Positions 10,781-24,939 of a DNA stretch of 64,000 nt are shown piece by piece. The DNA comes from Moniliella sp. 'wahieum' (Eukaryota): contig RSEE01000012.1 of assembly GCA_003971905.1 (NCBI GenBank), forward strand, positions 558,001 through 622,000. Reading direction: 5' to 3'. Under the pieces are notes generated by a model. It searched no databases. It was given only the letters and a program-made list of their open reading frames with translations, and had not been told where the DNA came from. The translations under genes were made by a program, and so were the position numbers. The first letter of the stretch is position 1. The number at the start of each line of letters is the position of its first letter.

Positions 10781-13700
10781 CTAGTGGCTAGTGACTAGGC
10801 CATAAGAAAGGTGCGACTGCTGCTCCCCGGAAGAAGGCTGGAAAAGCTGAGAGGCCAAGAAAACAAGCGTGGCAGCAACCAGCTCTGTCTGTCGCTTCTT
10901 GTCGGCTGCCCAAGCGAAGCGAACGGACGGAGGGACTGCATCATGCATCATCTTTGCAGCTGGGAACAGCAATGGGGGTGCATTGTAGATCACAGGACCA
11001 AAGCGGCCGTGGAGACGGGGAGGAGGGGGGGGGGTACAATTCTCCTCCAGGACCATCCGACTTGGCCTTGGCTCTCGCGTGGATTGCCGCACCAAGAAAA
11101 CGAGACGACTAGTTTCCACCTCGTCCGTGTCGCGTTTGCGACCCAAGGTGCCCAAAAACGTCCCGAACCGACGTAGATCGGGGAACGTGGGCGTCGCCTT
11201 GCCTCCGCCGACGGGGGGCGGCGAAGCGACGCCCATGCCGGCCGCATGGGCCTGGCTCTCCTCCTCCTCTTCTGAATGCGCATCCGAACCAAACACGCCC
11301 GGGAGAGAAAGGTTGGGAAGGCGGGTGTGCCAGTCGCCGCCGCCGCGGGAGGAAACGGCAGGTTCGGCGTGCCCGTACCGTGCCGTCGACGTCGTAGCAG
11401 CGGGAGCGGGCTTGCTCTGGTCCAAATCGAGCGAGGTGAAAGAGGCATCGGTGAGCCCTGCGCCGACGTCGGACGCGAGCATCGCATCAAAGCATCGGTC
11501 AATGTATTTTGCTCCAGCCGCCGCGCGCCGCGCAGCTCGAGCACTTTTTGAAAGTTGGCCAAGGACCGGTCGCCAATGGCCTGGACGTAGGTTTGTACCA
11601 GCGCCTCGGCGCCTTGGGCGCTCGGCACGCCAGCACCCGAAGCAATGCATCCACCCGGCCCCAGGAGCGCTCGAGCATACGCGTATACGACGCGAGCGCG
11701 GTGCGTGCCGTTTCGTCCCGCGGCGGTAGTTCGAGGAGCAACGTTCGGATCTCCAGTGCGTCCCGCCGCAACTGGCGTGCGCTGGATCGGACCGGACGCG
11801 CCAACAATCTCCTGGCCCAGTCGCTGGGTGATGCTGGCCATGGCCTTGTCGCACCAAACGCGAACGTGGCGTGCGCTCTGCACCTCGGTGCGCACCACCG
11901 TCGCAACAATTTCCAGTGCCGACGCTACCAGATCCACATACGTACTCGTCGGCAACGCGCGCAACCTCTCGTTCCGCTTCTTCTTGCGACGCCGTGCCGC
12001 CCTGGCTCGAGCCCAGCACCGCACTGCCTTCGTCCCGTCGGCCGCCTCTTCCGACACAGCCGTCTCCCCCGCCTCGTCGTCCCACCGACGCGACATGCTA
12101 TCCCGTCCGGGCGTGCGCAGCTGCGCCCAGGCAGGCTCAAGCGAGCCTTCCAAGGTACGGTCAGTGCATTGATCGCCTGTCCCACACACACGCGTCGAAC
12201 TGCTCCACCTCGGGTTCCAGCGAAAAGGAGGCAGCGGCCGGGCCCGAGCCCGAAGCGGAGCTGGGACGGGACGAAGACGAGGTAGTAGTGGCAGCAGGAG
12301 CAGCAGCGACAGCAGTCGTAGTAGCAGTAGCAGCAGCGGGGGTGGGGGCCAAGAGGGCTGCAATGCGCTGTTCGAGCTGTTTGGACGTTGCGGCACAGTA
12401 CGCGGCCGTGTTGAGTACTTTGGCTCCAGTATGGGCTTGGGCCAACACAGGCTCGCCGTGGGTCTTCTTCCCCAGCCAGATCGTCGGCACTGGGCGGATC
12501 GGAGAGAGCCGGAACGAGAACGTCGGTGGCATAGGCACGCAGGTACTTTTTAAACACCCCGGCCAAGTCGCGCAACAGCGCCGAAGGTGGCGCGCAGGCT
12601 TTTTGCTCGGCGGGGCAAGACGCAAGGCCTGGTCCAGCGCTTGGCGGTAAAAGATAAACAGTTCAGTAGAGGATGCTAAAACGGCCGCATCGGATTCCTT
12701 GCCCTCTTCTCCCGCTCCTTCATCTTGGTTCCATGCGCTGACAGAGGCCGTGGTCGACGTTGCAGAACGACCCGCCCCGCCACGACGGAAGGAACGGACC
12801 ATTCCACTTAGCGCGGTCTTGTGCATCGACAAAGATGGACAGGTAGGGCTCAAACACTGCGCTGATCCGTGGGATCGATACATTGCCACCCAAGTTGCTG
12901 GGTGCGGGGGAACAGGGCGTGCGATCAAAAGATCGGTAAACTGCAGCGAACAGCCGAGTCAGTACGGGGTCCACCCGCTAGGTCATAACAGGGGGGGTCT
13001 GAGAGAACGTACTGGCATATGGAATCGAGTTTGCATCTCATGTTCAAACTGAATGGTCGCCTCCATGGGTGCCAGCAGAGCAGCAAGTGAGCCGACTCTG
13101 TTCCCGCCGCAGCGCCGACTTGAGGTCATCGCGCGTGATTTGGGCAAACGCGGCGGTCAAGACGCGGTCCACGCGCCAAGGGGTAGTGCGCGGGTCCTTG
13201 GCTTGGGCCACGGACTTGACAGGCGCATCGCCATTTGCCAGCGCGGCTGTGGGACTGCCCGGGGCCGGGGTAAAGCGGAAGGCCACGGCATGCGCCTGGT
13301 CAAAGCGATCGAGAAGACGGCTGAACCAGCGATAGCGCTGCTCGGCGTTCTCCAGCCCACCCGCCTCGTCTTGCGGACGGAACAGACGGCGGTACTCGCG
13401 CAGCTGGGACGTCGCGTACCAGTCCAATACCCGGGCCGCTGATTGGGGCCCAAGCGCATCCAGAGCACAGGCAGCTGAGGGCAAAACGTGGGCGCGGCGC
13501 GGTGGTGGGGCCGTTGCCGCTACCACTGCCGCCTCCGAGTGGGTCGGCGGTAAAGGTAGAGGTGAAGAGAGCAAAGGCATCCTTTTCTAGCTGGCCTGCC
13601 AGCGAGTCGGCGGTGTGGGAAAGATTGGCAACGCGTTGGACCGAAGCCCACTTGGCCAGACTAAAGTCGTCCTGCAGCGCGCGAACTGCCAAGAGAGCAG

Positions 13701-14349
13701 GGGCGGCATCTGCGTACTGCTTGCCATTGGTATGCTGCGCCAGCTGGGCCACGCCCACACTAAACATCTGTAGCCGCTTGAGCGCAGTCATGGAGGCCAC
13801 CACATTCGCCTTGGCCACATCCATTTGCGGATGTCGGCCGTCAGGGCAAGCACTGCGCCTTCACTCTGTTGGGCAAGTTGGCGCATCGAGCCCAACGACG
13901 ACAGCAATTCGCCAGCTCGACTTGGGCGGCAGCCAGACGAGCGCCGACGCTCGACCCATCGTGCGCGGGAGCGATGGCGGCGGCATAGCGTGCCTCCAGC
14001 TGTGCAATCAGCTTGTCTTCCTGCTCGAGGGCAGCGCGGACGGTGTGCATAGATGCCAGCACCTCGCCCGACGACAGGGTCGGCGGGCCAGGGGGAGGCC
14101 GAGCGGGCGCACCGGGCGGGGAACCTCCGCCCGGCGTCAGTGCGCGCAGGGCCGCAGCAATGTCTGCGTCGGGGCCAGCGTCGGCGTCGGGGCTGACAAC
14201 AAGGCCCAGGGCAGGCCCCAGGCCCGGATCGAGGGGGGGGCGGTGCCGGGGGGGAGGGTGTCGGCGAGACACGGCGGAGGGGCAGGAGCAGCTCGATGGG
14301 CAGCTGGGCTGGCAGGGCGGGCGGACCGGGGGGGGGGGGAGGTGGCCAT
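10781..14349 (-). CDS. VPS53: GARP complex subunit Vps53
   Basis: Segments DVAKANVVASMTALKRLQM, QLREYRRLF..DEAGGLENAEQRYRWFSRLL, ISAVFEPYLSIFVDAQD, VLASSTELFIFYRQ, LNTAAYC..TSKQLE, ALVQTYVQAIGDRSLANFQKVLELRG. Multiple indels; both ends approximate. Confidence 0.85.
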
Positions 14350-14712
14350 CGGCGCTGCCGCGGAGCTCGCGCGGGGGGCTGGGGCTGGGGCTGGGGCTGG
14401 ATGGCGTCGGCGCTGGAAACGGCGATGGAGTCGGGGCGCCTGGAGGCGTGCGAGGGCGCGGAGGGACGGGTGACGCTCATCGATCGCCATGCAACGCTGA
14501 GGCTGGGCGCCAATCAATCGAGCGCTGGCCCCACCCGCCACGTCACACCCCACTACAACTTTCAAGCTTCACCTGCCCCACGTGAAATGTTCAGCTGCCT
14601 CGACGTGGAAGGGGCGCTGGCCGCGAAGGAAGGCAGACGCCCCGCGCCTCCGCCTCGGCCGCCGCCTCTGCCTCCACCAGCCGCCGCGACCCTGGCCGCA
14701 CCCCGCCGTGCA

Positions 14713-16143
14713 ATGAGCTCCTTCCGCTTCCTCGCGCTCGTGCGCCCCTTCATGGGCGTCCTCCCCGAGGTCGCCGCCCGAGCGCAAGGTGCCGTTCCAG
14801 AGCCGCGTGCTGTGGACCGCCATTGTGCTCGGTATCTTCCTCGTCTCGTCCCAGATCCCCTTGTATGGCATCATGTCCTCCGACAGCTCCGACCCGCTCT
14901 ATTGGATGCGCGTCATCCTCGCCTCCAACCGGGCACCCTGATGGAGCTCGGCATCAGCCCCATCGTCACCTCGGCATGATCATGCAACTCCTCGCGGGTG
15001 CCAACCTGATCGAGGTCGACTTTAGCCTCAAGGAGGACCGCGCTCTGTTTGGTGGCGCGCAGAAATTGTTTGCCATTCTCATCTCCTTGGGCCAGGCCAC
15101 AGTCTACGTCTTGTCCGGCCTGTACGGCCCGCCGTCGCAGCTGGGCGCCGGGGTGTGCTTGCTGCTCATTCTCCAGCTCGTCGTGGCCGGGCTGATTGTG
15201 ATTCTGCTGGACGAGCTGTTGGTCAAGGGCTATGGCTTGGGCTCGGGCATCAGCCTGTTTATTGCGACCAACATTTGCGAAAGCATTGTGTGGAAGGCGT
15301 TCAGCCCCACCACTGTCAACACGGGTCGTGGACCCGAGTTTGAGGGCGCTCTGGTGGCCTTGGTGCATCTGTTGTTTACGTGGAACGACAAGACGCGTGC
15401 GCTCAAGGAAGCCTTTTTCCGCGACCGGTTGCCCAACGTGATGAACTTGCTTGCCACGCTGGTTGTCTTTTTGGCCGTCATTTACCTCCAAGGCTTCCGC
15501 GTCGAGATTCCGATCAAGTCGGTTCGGTTCCGTGGCCAGCAGGGCCGGTACCCAATCAAGCTCTTCTACACTTCCAACATGCCCATCATGCTGCCAGCAC
15601 CTGACCAGCAACGTGTTTATCATTTCGCAAATGCTCGCTTCGCGCTTCCCTTCCAACTTGCTTGTGCGTCTGCTGGGCGTGTGGGAGCCCATGGAAGACT
15701 CGCCGCAGCTCCATGCTGTCGGTGGCTTGTCCTACTACCTCTCCCCCCCCACCTCCTTGACCGCGGCGGCCCAGGACCCGCTTCACACACTGGTCAACGT
15801 TGCCTTTACCCTGGTCGTGTGCGCTCTGATCTCCAAGGCGTGGATCGACGTGTCGGGATCCGGGCCGCGCGACGTGGCCAAGCAACTGAAGGACAATGGC
15901 ATGGTCATGGCCGGGCACCGGACGGGTCAATGTACAAGGAACTCAAACGGATCATCCCCACCGCCGCTGCCTGGGGCGGCGCAACGATCGGTGCGCTCTC
16001 GGTCGCGGCCGACTTGATTGGTGCGTGCTTGGCTCGGGCACCGGCATCTTGATGGCTGTCACCACGATTATACGTACTTTGAGATGGGCTTGCGCGAATC
16101 GGGCGGGCCAGAGATGAACGCGCTGGGCGACCTGATCGGCTAA
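14713..16143 (+). CDS. SEC61: Protein translocon subunit Sec61 alpha
   Basis: [104 protein letters not shown]. Frameshifted by indels. Confidence 0.97.
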
Positions 16144-16705
16144 CGGTGGCAAACGTACCCGTGCCCCGCAACAAAACACACTGCCCCAACTGCGATCTCT
16201 CGTTCTCTCTCTCCCCCCAAGCCCCATCCCAACCATAGAACCCTGACGGACGGAGGCCGAGCCTCCCAACCAAACTGCAATGGCATCTGTGATAGCGTCG
16301 TTCATTTCCAGCAGATGCGCTCCTGTTAAATGTCCAACGCCATGCAAGGAAGGAAGCACAAAATTGTCCAATATCCACTAGAATGAGGAAGCGAAACAAA
16401 GTGGCTTTTTTGGCCACGGACTCAGATCCAGAGCAGATCAACGTACGTTGATCAAGCTTCAAGCTTCAACGTTCAACGTACTCACGTTCAACAGGGTAAG
16501 TACCATCCCAAGCGGGGATAGACCACACCAGGGCACTAGGAGACAAAAAAAGCCAAGCCAGATCGCACGTACATAACCCCTCTGGCGCCAAAGTCGGCGC
16601 GACTGTTATACCGGCACGGGCTTGCGCCGTACTGGTAGACGAAGGCTGCCGTCGCGCGACGGAGGCAAAGAACCTTGCCGTGGCCTCGGTGACGCAGCGG
16701 CACCG

Positions 16706-18293
16706 TCAGGCTCGGACGACGCGGCCTCCGGCCGGCCTGCCGAACCGCGCTCGGGTCCGTCCGCACCCGACCAAGTCAATAGCGACTCTGTTGCTCCGAG
16801 TCGGCCGGAGAAGGCGCAAGAGGCGTATCTGCGGGCCCCAAGCCGTTGCCGTCCGGATGCGAGGGACCCGCGGCAGGACTGGAAGCGACCGCGTCGCCTG
16901 CCCCCTGGCTCTTGGAGCCTCCGCCTGGGCCGGGACGGCAGCCTGAGCTAAAGGATAGGAAGGGGGGTCGACGGATGGAGAAGGAAACGTAGATGCGTGG
17001 TTGGTAGTAGAGTAGGGCAAGTGGGAAGGCGCTCTGCCCGGCAAGTCAGCATCGTGGGAGAAGGATGGAGCCGCGGGGGCCGCAGGAGCGGTACTCTTTG
17101 GTTCGATCGTCGCCTTGTGGACAAAGGTGGTGGCCAACAACGTTTCCCATGCGTCCGCCCGCACTTCGCGGTTCAGCTTCGATCCGGGCTTGGCTGGTAA
17201 ACTGCGTTTGGTACTGTTCTCGGCGTGTTTGGATGATGGGATAGGCACTGGCCACGGCCAACACCACGTCAGGGCAAGCGGGCAAGATGTCAATGCGAGG
17301 TGTGCGTTCATGCCTGTCCAATGCGACCCAATCGGCGGTCAGCTCCTATCAATCAAGCGCACACCCAAAGGCCCATGGGGCACTCCAGCCGAGGTGCGGA
17401 CATACCAAAGATCATAAACCCATAGCTGGGGTGGTTCCCATCTTTGTCTGGCTGAACCGGACGGGAAAAGAGGCTGCCATGCAACACGCCCTTCCACGCC
17501 CAATCGCCCCACGGGGTAGTGAACTGATGCTTGCGTGTATTGATGCTCTTGCTCATCGTGCCAGTATGGCGCTCGGGCCCCGCCTGGCCCGGCTGGGCCA
17601 CGATGGTGATCTCAAACGGCCCATTCTTGTCGCCGGTCGCCTTGCGCACGATGGCCAACGGTTGTGCGCTGGGCAGCGAACGAAGCTCGACACTCCACTG
17701 CCATTGACGCACGGGCGAAGGGGAGGAAGAACGGGAGCGAGCACGCGCTTCGCTGGCGCCACCCTTGAGCTTGCGCAACAACGATTTGCCCCCCGACCTG
17801 GGTCCCACCGGACCACCTTCAGGCATGGGGGAACTGCCCTGGGAAGAAGGCGAAGCCGAGGGCAGGCGCGGGTTGGGCACCACACAAAACGCAAGGGACG
17901 GGGCGTCTGGGCTGGCGCCAGCCGCAGCTGCGCGGGTGGGCGTCTTGGGCGCCAAGCTTTCCCACTCCTCGCCGCCATCGTCGTAGGACAGGAGGGAGCT
18001 GGGCGGTTCGGCGCCCGAGGACACACTGCGGTGGTGGCTGAGAGGCACGCTGGGCGCGGCCATGTAGGGCGGGGGCGCGTGGCGGTCGAGGACAGGCATG
18101 GTCGCTAGCGGGTCCCGGGGGGGGGGGGCGGGCGGCGGGGGGCAGGGGTTGGCGGTGCGGCCGCCGGGCGGCGGAGCCGGCATTGGGGGTGGGGTCGATG
18201 AGGGTGCGGGAGCGGGTGGTGTGTAGCTGTCGAGTGGTCGAGGGCGAAGGAGAGGGTGTTGCTGGGGAAGGCGCGGGGCAGGCGTCGGTCCAT
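16706..18293 (-). CDS. Hypothetical protein with Pro-rich N-terminus
   Basis: ORF 17353..18564 has a globular-looking segment (WQWSVELRSLPSAQPLAIVRK...HQFTTPWGDWAWKG) that continues in ORFs 17046..17321 and 16706..17311. No family recognised. Confidence 0.35.
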
Positions 18294-19024
18294 GGCGGGC
18301 GAGGCGAGCGGTGGTGGGCAGCGCCGGGGGGTGGGAGCACGGACGAGGGGTCAAGTACTCGGTCTGGGGCTCCGCGGAGAGGCCCTGAGCGTGCTCGGCT
18401 GAGTGCTGCTGAGGCCCAGCTGAGCCTCGGCGCCACGCCGCTGCCAACGCCGACGCCGACGCCAACCGCAGCCCACGGCGCCTGGGCAGCCATGCTCCCC
18501 AGGAGCAGCGGGCATCATGCATCCAGCCCATGCGCAGCTCCGCCAAGCTCGCGCATGGCGGCACACCGGGCCTGGCAGACGCTCTGACGCGTGACCCGGG
18601 CCCGGGTTACGCGCAACCACGCGGCAGCGCAGGCTGCCCCCCCGCCCGCGTCGCCCCCAATCACCGGTCGACACGCCCACCCCGCGTCGGCGAGGACGCA
18701 CGGGGCGTCGTGCGTGTGGCGCTGCGCATGCAGGAGCAGGAACCCCGAGGCAACCCTGCTGTGGGACAGCTGGCATATGGATAGCAGCAACCTATGCAAT
18801 CAATCAATCAACGCCCGAGTGGTTCCTGGCCGTCTATGCATACTGCAACATTGCAACTGCCCCTGGCCTCATTCGGTGCAATCCCCCCGCCCACCTCCGC
18901 CGCTGGGTAGATAGGATTGGGATGGCCCCACAGCTTCAGGCCTTTGCTCCGCCCTTCACAGCGCGCCCGCCATGCAGTCCAAGTCGGTCCTCTCCACCCT
19001 CTCCGAAGAACGCACCTTCCCGCC

Positions 19025-19787
19025 ATGGCGCTCCTATCCGCCCTGTGGTCTGGTCCGTGCGCGCTGCACGTACGATACGCCCATCGCCCTGCAGATCCTC
19101 ACCCGCAAGGCCCCCGCCCCGTCCAGTACCCGCAACCAGGCCGATGATGCCCCCCCCACCCGTATGCGCCGCTGCGGTACTATGCCTTGGTGTGTCGATG
19201 CCGTTCTTGTTGCACCCGCAAACGCAATGGCCGCCTGGCTTCTGCACAGCACACTAACCCCTAATCCTTCTCCGTCCCCGCAGGAGGCCTCAAGCCAGCA
19301 GGTTTTGTTTAGCCTACTTGAGCAAGAGACAGGACAGAGCAAGAAACGTTTTTTTGTTCTCGTCGGTCCAGACGCTGTGCCTCTCTTCCACATCAGGCGA
19401 GACAAGGAAGCGGACACGGTATGGGAGGGATACGACTGCTGGACCCACGAATTCCTCTTCCGCATCACACCCGCCTTGGTTGATCCCAACAATGCGATGC
19501 ACGTCAAGTTTCGCAACTCGGCCGCTGTTGCCTGTCAGAAGGAGGACGCGCGGCGGGGAGTGGAACCGGGCACTACCAATCTGGGTCCACAGGAGGACGC
19601 CGATCCCCCCACCTTGCCTCGCCTAATCGACTTTGAGGCGGACTGGCCCATGCCATCGGAACGCGAGCCGGGAGGGTACGACCAAGGAGAAGTGCTGCCT
19701 TGTCTCCTGTCGTCGTGGCGTGCGCTGCATACGCGGGAACGCGTTATTGTTTACGCGTCCTTGTACCAAGTCGGATCGGCTGCTTGA
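19025..19787 (+). CDS. Hypothetical protein
   Basis: ATG at 19025 after a C-rich leader; probable intron about 19161..19283 (GTATGC...CTAAC...CAG); beta-rich segment QVLFSLLEQE..KRFFVLVGPDAVPLFHIRRDK. The 3' end is unclear. Confidence 0.3.
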
Positions 19788-20421
19788 AGTTGTCAGTGAG
19801 TGTGATAGCCTTCCTCCTGCGCCCGCCGGAGCCAATTCTAACATTAACAAAATCTGTTCCCCAGTTGCCCCCCGATTTGACTTGGCGTTTGGGGCAGTGT
19901 TGGGGATGATCTGCGCCATCCAGCAAGCAAGCACGTTTTTGTAACATCTCATTGCAGTCTGTGATACATGCCCAGATACCCGTTGTTTTTGCTGCGATGG
20001 CCGATAATCGATCGATAATCGATCAGACTGATTTAAGGGGCGGAGAGGCAAGGTGTGCGGGGGTGTATATATTGCGGGCCCAGGATCATACCCAGTCGAG
20101 TGGGTAATTATTCTTGCTTGGGAGAATATATACAGTGGCTGCTAGGGTTGCGTGGCTGTCGCCTGCCAGCCAGCCTGCTCGCCTCGGCTGAGCGGAGCAA
20201 CGCTGAGTACGCAGTTGGCTATGCTGGGCGCAGGGCAGCCCGCGGGCGCCAACACCTGCGAACGCCCGCCCCCACCACCGCCCCCGTGCCTCACCGCCTG
20301 CTCCCGCTCTCCCGCTCCCTCTCGCGCATCTCTCCCTCGCGTCCCTCGTGCCCCTGCGTGGACAGCGGCGTGCCGGCTGAGCTGGAGCCTGCGTCGCATC
20401 TGCCCGCCCCGCCTCAGCGCC

Positions 20422-23400
20422 ATGGCCGACGCCGCGGCCAGCGCGGCCACCGCCAGCGCGTCACCTATGTCCTCCCGCTGCCCCGCGAACTCGGCGGCTG
20501 GCGCAACTCCCTCGGCCCCACCCATGCCCCGCTCCCGCCCCCCACCCACACGTTTGCCGTCCCCCCGCTCGTCCACCCGCGACCCCGCTCGCCTCGCCCG
20601 TCGTGGCCCTCTTCTCATCCCCCTGCACCCCCTGACAGCACCCCCTCCGATGCCGAGTCCGATTCTACTGCGCCTCAACCCGACCCCGTGTCTGCCACAG
20701 CCCAGCCGAGGCCATCCCGGTCTCGCTCCTCCCCTTCCCACCCGCGGCACATGCTCCCTGTCACCTCCCTTGCCCTCGACCTCACCACCTGTGTCGAAGG
20801 TGCTGACGAGCATCCACCCGAGCCCTCACCGACGAGCGCATCGAGCAGGTCGATGACGTTCTTCCGCCATCTCTGGGCGGTGGATTTGCCTCAACCCGTA
20901 TGCGTACCCCCCAGCGGCCCCGCGGCCTGTTGTACACGGCTGGACGCGATGCATTGATTGCCTCGTGGCAGCTGAACCTGCCTATGACTTGGTCTACGGA
21001 CACCCAACCGGACCCCGCCCAGCCCCTTCCTATCGCCCCTGGCGTGTGACACAACCTTACTGGACCCTTCACCCCGTGGAAGCGCTCAGTGCTGCTGGTC
21101 CTCCTCCGGCACCAGATGGCTTACTCCGCCGTCCCATCTTCCGCCAGGGGATTCAAGCGCACTCGGAATGGGTCAACGATCTCCTGCTCGTTAACGGGAA
21201 TCAGACTGTCCTATCCGCCTCGTCCGACCGACTGATCAAGGCATGGAATCCCCACGACCCAGCCTCCCATTCCACCTCCTTTACCCTAGGTAGCCACGAC
21301 GACTTTGTCAAAACCCTCGCGGCGCCGGCCTGGCAACTGGGTGCCGGACAAACCCATACCATCTTCTCTGGCGGCTTGGATCGGACGGTCAAGATGTGGG
21401 ACATGAATGCCAACCCTTCCAGACCACGGACTCGTCCTCGGCCGTGTTGGGTCCAGGCCGTGGCGCAGACAATGCGTCTGTCCCCCAGCCCGTTCTCACG
21501 CTCAACCAAGATGTGGATGAGCTGCCGTCGTCGGTCTACAGTCTTAGTGTGAATGGAAGCGGGAGTCTGATCGGGGTGGGATGCTCGGCGAATGAGGTGT
21601 CTGTGTACGATACGCGGAGTCGGATGCGGGTGGCCAAGTTGGTGGGTCACACGGGGTATGTTCGATCGGTGCTCATGTCGGCCGACGGACGCCACCTTCT
21701 CTCTGCCTCCTCCGATAGCACCGTGCGGCTGTGGTCGATCGCCGAGCAACGTGCGCTGCACACGTTTGAACATCATTCCGACTCGATCTGGGCGCTGTAC
21801 TCGCGCGATCCGTACGAAAAGGATACTCTCACCTCGTTTTATTCGGCCGACCGCGTAGGCGATCTTTGCAAAGTCGATTGGTCCGATGCACCCGACATTG
21901 TGAGCGGCGAATGTATTTTGTTGGCACGCAATCGTCCTTCCAAGTTCAACCGCCGCGGCAGCCATGTGCCCATTCCGTTGGACCCCGCCGTTGGACCCCA
22001 TGGCCTTCCGCCTCCGCATCACGGACCAAGTCACCAAGGCATCCACCGCATCGTGGCTGCCGACGATGCGTTTGTCTTTACTGCTTCCGACACTTCCTCC
22101 TCCGTCTTGGCCTGGCCCGATGTGCCCAAGCACAAGGACCGTCTTGCCAAATACCCCGCCATTGCCGCCCGTGCCCTGTCGGGTGCCGGGGGGGGCGAGA
22201 CGAGCTGGGCCAAGCAGGCCAAGAAAGCAATGCAGACCACGGATATTTCGTCGGCCGTCGAGATGGCCGGCATACCAGCTTGCAGTTTAATCTCCTTGGG
22301 CGACGACCAGAGCCCCTTTGACGATCGCCCGGCTGCCGATGGGTCCAGCACGGTCGACCGATCGACGACGCGAAACGTGCGCCCATCCCCGGGGTCAATG
22401 TCCCTGCTGCGAGACGGGGCCCATTCGGCCGCGCCGCTGTTCCGGCAGCCGTGTGCGCGCGTGTCGGGTGGGGTGGGCTTGATCCGCAGTTCCATGCTCA
22501 ACGACCGCCGCCATGTGCTGACGATGGAACACGTGGCTCGGTCGGAATCTGGGACGTTTTGCTGGGCGTTTGCCTGGGCTTTTTTGAGCGCCGAGCGCTC
22601 ACCCAGCTCGCGTTGGACGAGGAGGCTCTGACTGGCTCCGCGCTCTTGACCTCCGTCGCGGCTCCCTCGGCTACCGACATGAGCCAAGAGGCCATCACGT
22701 CCCTCCTTACCCAGTCGCCGGCGGACCTGCTCGAGTTGATCCGAGACCGGATCGAAGGTTCGGATGCGGCGCCGGCGTGGTGCACCACCGACGTTCGCGC
22801 TGGACTCTTGTCGGTCCATTTGCAGAGCAACACCTGCTTTGACGCCGAAATGTACCTGGACGATGCCGCGTTTGCCAGCAAAGAGGGGTCCGAAGAAGAT
22901 ACCAGGGGTACGTTGCGCCCTCTTTCTCTCTTTGGCCGGTTGGGCTAGTCTGTAATTTTTTTCCCGTACTGACCAAGGACTGTGCTTGTTGGGCAGTCAA
23001 CATGGGCCGCTGGGTCCTTCAGAACTTGTTCAGGGGGTTCATTGAGCAGGAGATTCGCGCTCGCAGTGGCTCGTATCGTGGAGCACAGTTGAGACCTCCG
23101 ACAGTGACGCAAACAGACACACTGCAGCAGAGGAGCCCAAAGCGTTCTCTTCTAGCCGGGATGCCCCCAAAGCGTTGGCGGCGCCTTTAAGTGCTAGCTT
23201 GGCCATCCCGCCTTCCGACAGACAATGGTGCTTCCTCCTGGCTCGGATTGCGGGGAACCCACCCAATGGTCGCCTTACCGCCCCTCTGTCCAATTGGACG
23301 TCGAAGTCGAGATGAAGGCACTGCAAGACGCATGGCAAGCCGTGCTTCGCGCCCAAGCGGCCACTTTGCCTACAAATACGGCAGAAAAGCACAATGGTGC

Positions 23401-24672
23401 GGTAGGAAAGTTAATGCCAAGCGATCCGTGAGCGGGTCGGGGGGAGGATTCCTGTCCCGTTTCAAACGGAAATCCAAAGACTTTTCCACCGACAAGAAGG
23501 TTGTTGCCCCCGCTAGCCCCGCATCTCGCCCCTCATCTCGCCCCGCATCTCGCCCCGCATCTCGCTTTGAGAGTCGAAGAACGAACCGGTCCATGTGCGC
23601 CAGATCCGTGAGATAGTTTCCCGAGTCGCTTTGCTCTCTCCGCCCTTACCAGCCGGCTATGACGGCAAGGCTGACTCTACCCACCCTTTACTGGACCTGC
23701 CTCCTCTTCCCTTCCCCCCGGGGTGATGGTTCTGTTTGAGACCATCTCTCCCCAGGCTGGACAAGCGCTTCCTGCCTACCGTGAAACCACGGGCCGGATG
23801 GGGCAGGATGTGCCCTTGTCGAACTGCTAGCGTCGCCTCTGCTGCTTTCCCACTGCTCACCACTCCACCGAATCCCGATTCCGATTCTCCTGCCTCCGAA
23901 CCTGCCACCACGCTGGCCGGGACCAAAGACCCGGCCGCCTACAAAGCAGCCTTGCAAGAGTCTGTCACCCTGTTCCGCCGCCGCGTGGTCCGGATCAGTT
24001 TCACCCTTACTCCTTGGCATCCATTAGGGAGCCGAGGAGGCGTCGGATGGGCCGGCGTACCCCGACGAGCAGGCCCTTCCTGAACTTCCCGCCACTTCGA
24101 TCCGGTTGACGGCAACACAGATGCTACGAATGAAAAAGGTGGCCGGATACGTGCTGGAGCAATTATCGTCGCACAAGCAAGAGGCCATGCAACTCCTCCA
24201 GGAAAAGGAAAAGGGAATGAAACATGCCCAGACGGCCGAGACGCGCTACTGGGCTACGTTCAAGTTGCCCGCCCAGCATGAGGTGGTGATCCTGTGCAAA
24301 GATACTGTTGTCCCCCCGGACATGACGTTGGCGCAGGCCAGACGCTTTCTCTTCCGCCAGTCGGGCGACCTCAAGCTCCAGTACCGCCGCGCCCAGCCAG
24401 GCGAGGCCCTGCCATACTCCCATGGTTCGCCATCTCTGTCGCCTGCTGCGGGTTTGGCGCCTCAGCACAACCACTCCCGCGTGGCCACTCTGCGCTCTTC
24501 GCACCAGACTCTCCCTCGTTGGGACGCCCCTCCATCGGCCCTCCATCGCCGATTCGTACGCGCCTGCTCCCCCGCCTCCGACGCCACTACCAACACCGAT
24601 ACCGATGCCAAATTGGCCAACGGCCACAGCCCTCCTCCACTCACTGCTCCGATGCATCGATTGGATTACTAG
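20422..24672 (+). CDS. WD40-repeat deubiquitinase cofactor, WDR48/UAF1 (DUF3337)-like
   Basis: [91 protein letters not shown]...CFDAEMY, and C-terminal [11 protein letters not shown]...[35 protein letters not shown]. Confidence 0.88.
23519..23566 (+). repeat. 12-bp coding tandem repeat (CCGCATCTCGCC-like, about 4 copies; PASR/PSSR)
   Basis: Read directly inside the WDR48-like gene. Confidence 0.75.
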
Positions 24673-24939
24673 CAATCGATCCGCACACCTCCATCTGCCA
24701 CTTCCGACCCCCACCATGCTTTCCTTTTCCATCCGTTTTGCTCTTGCTGGCTTGGGTACCCAGACCGTTCCTTTCCAATTCTTCTTTTTACCGTTTCCTT
24801 CTTCTTATCCCCTCTCCAACCCCTCATGCTTTGTGTGTCCCTATTACTATCCATACCTTTCTTTTTTTGCCCTGCACCCCCTGTGTTCATTGCAAGCATA
24901 CCAAAAAAGAGATGGACACGAACCCAGAGAGCACTGTAG

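Noticed and set aside
16536..16951. Possible Pol III ncRNA ending in a T-run on the minus strand
   Set aside because: No recognisable RNA family motifs; more likely the 3' end or UTR of the neighbouring hypothetical gene.
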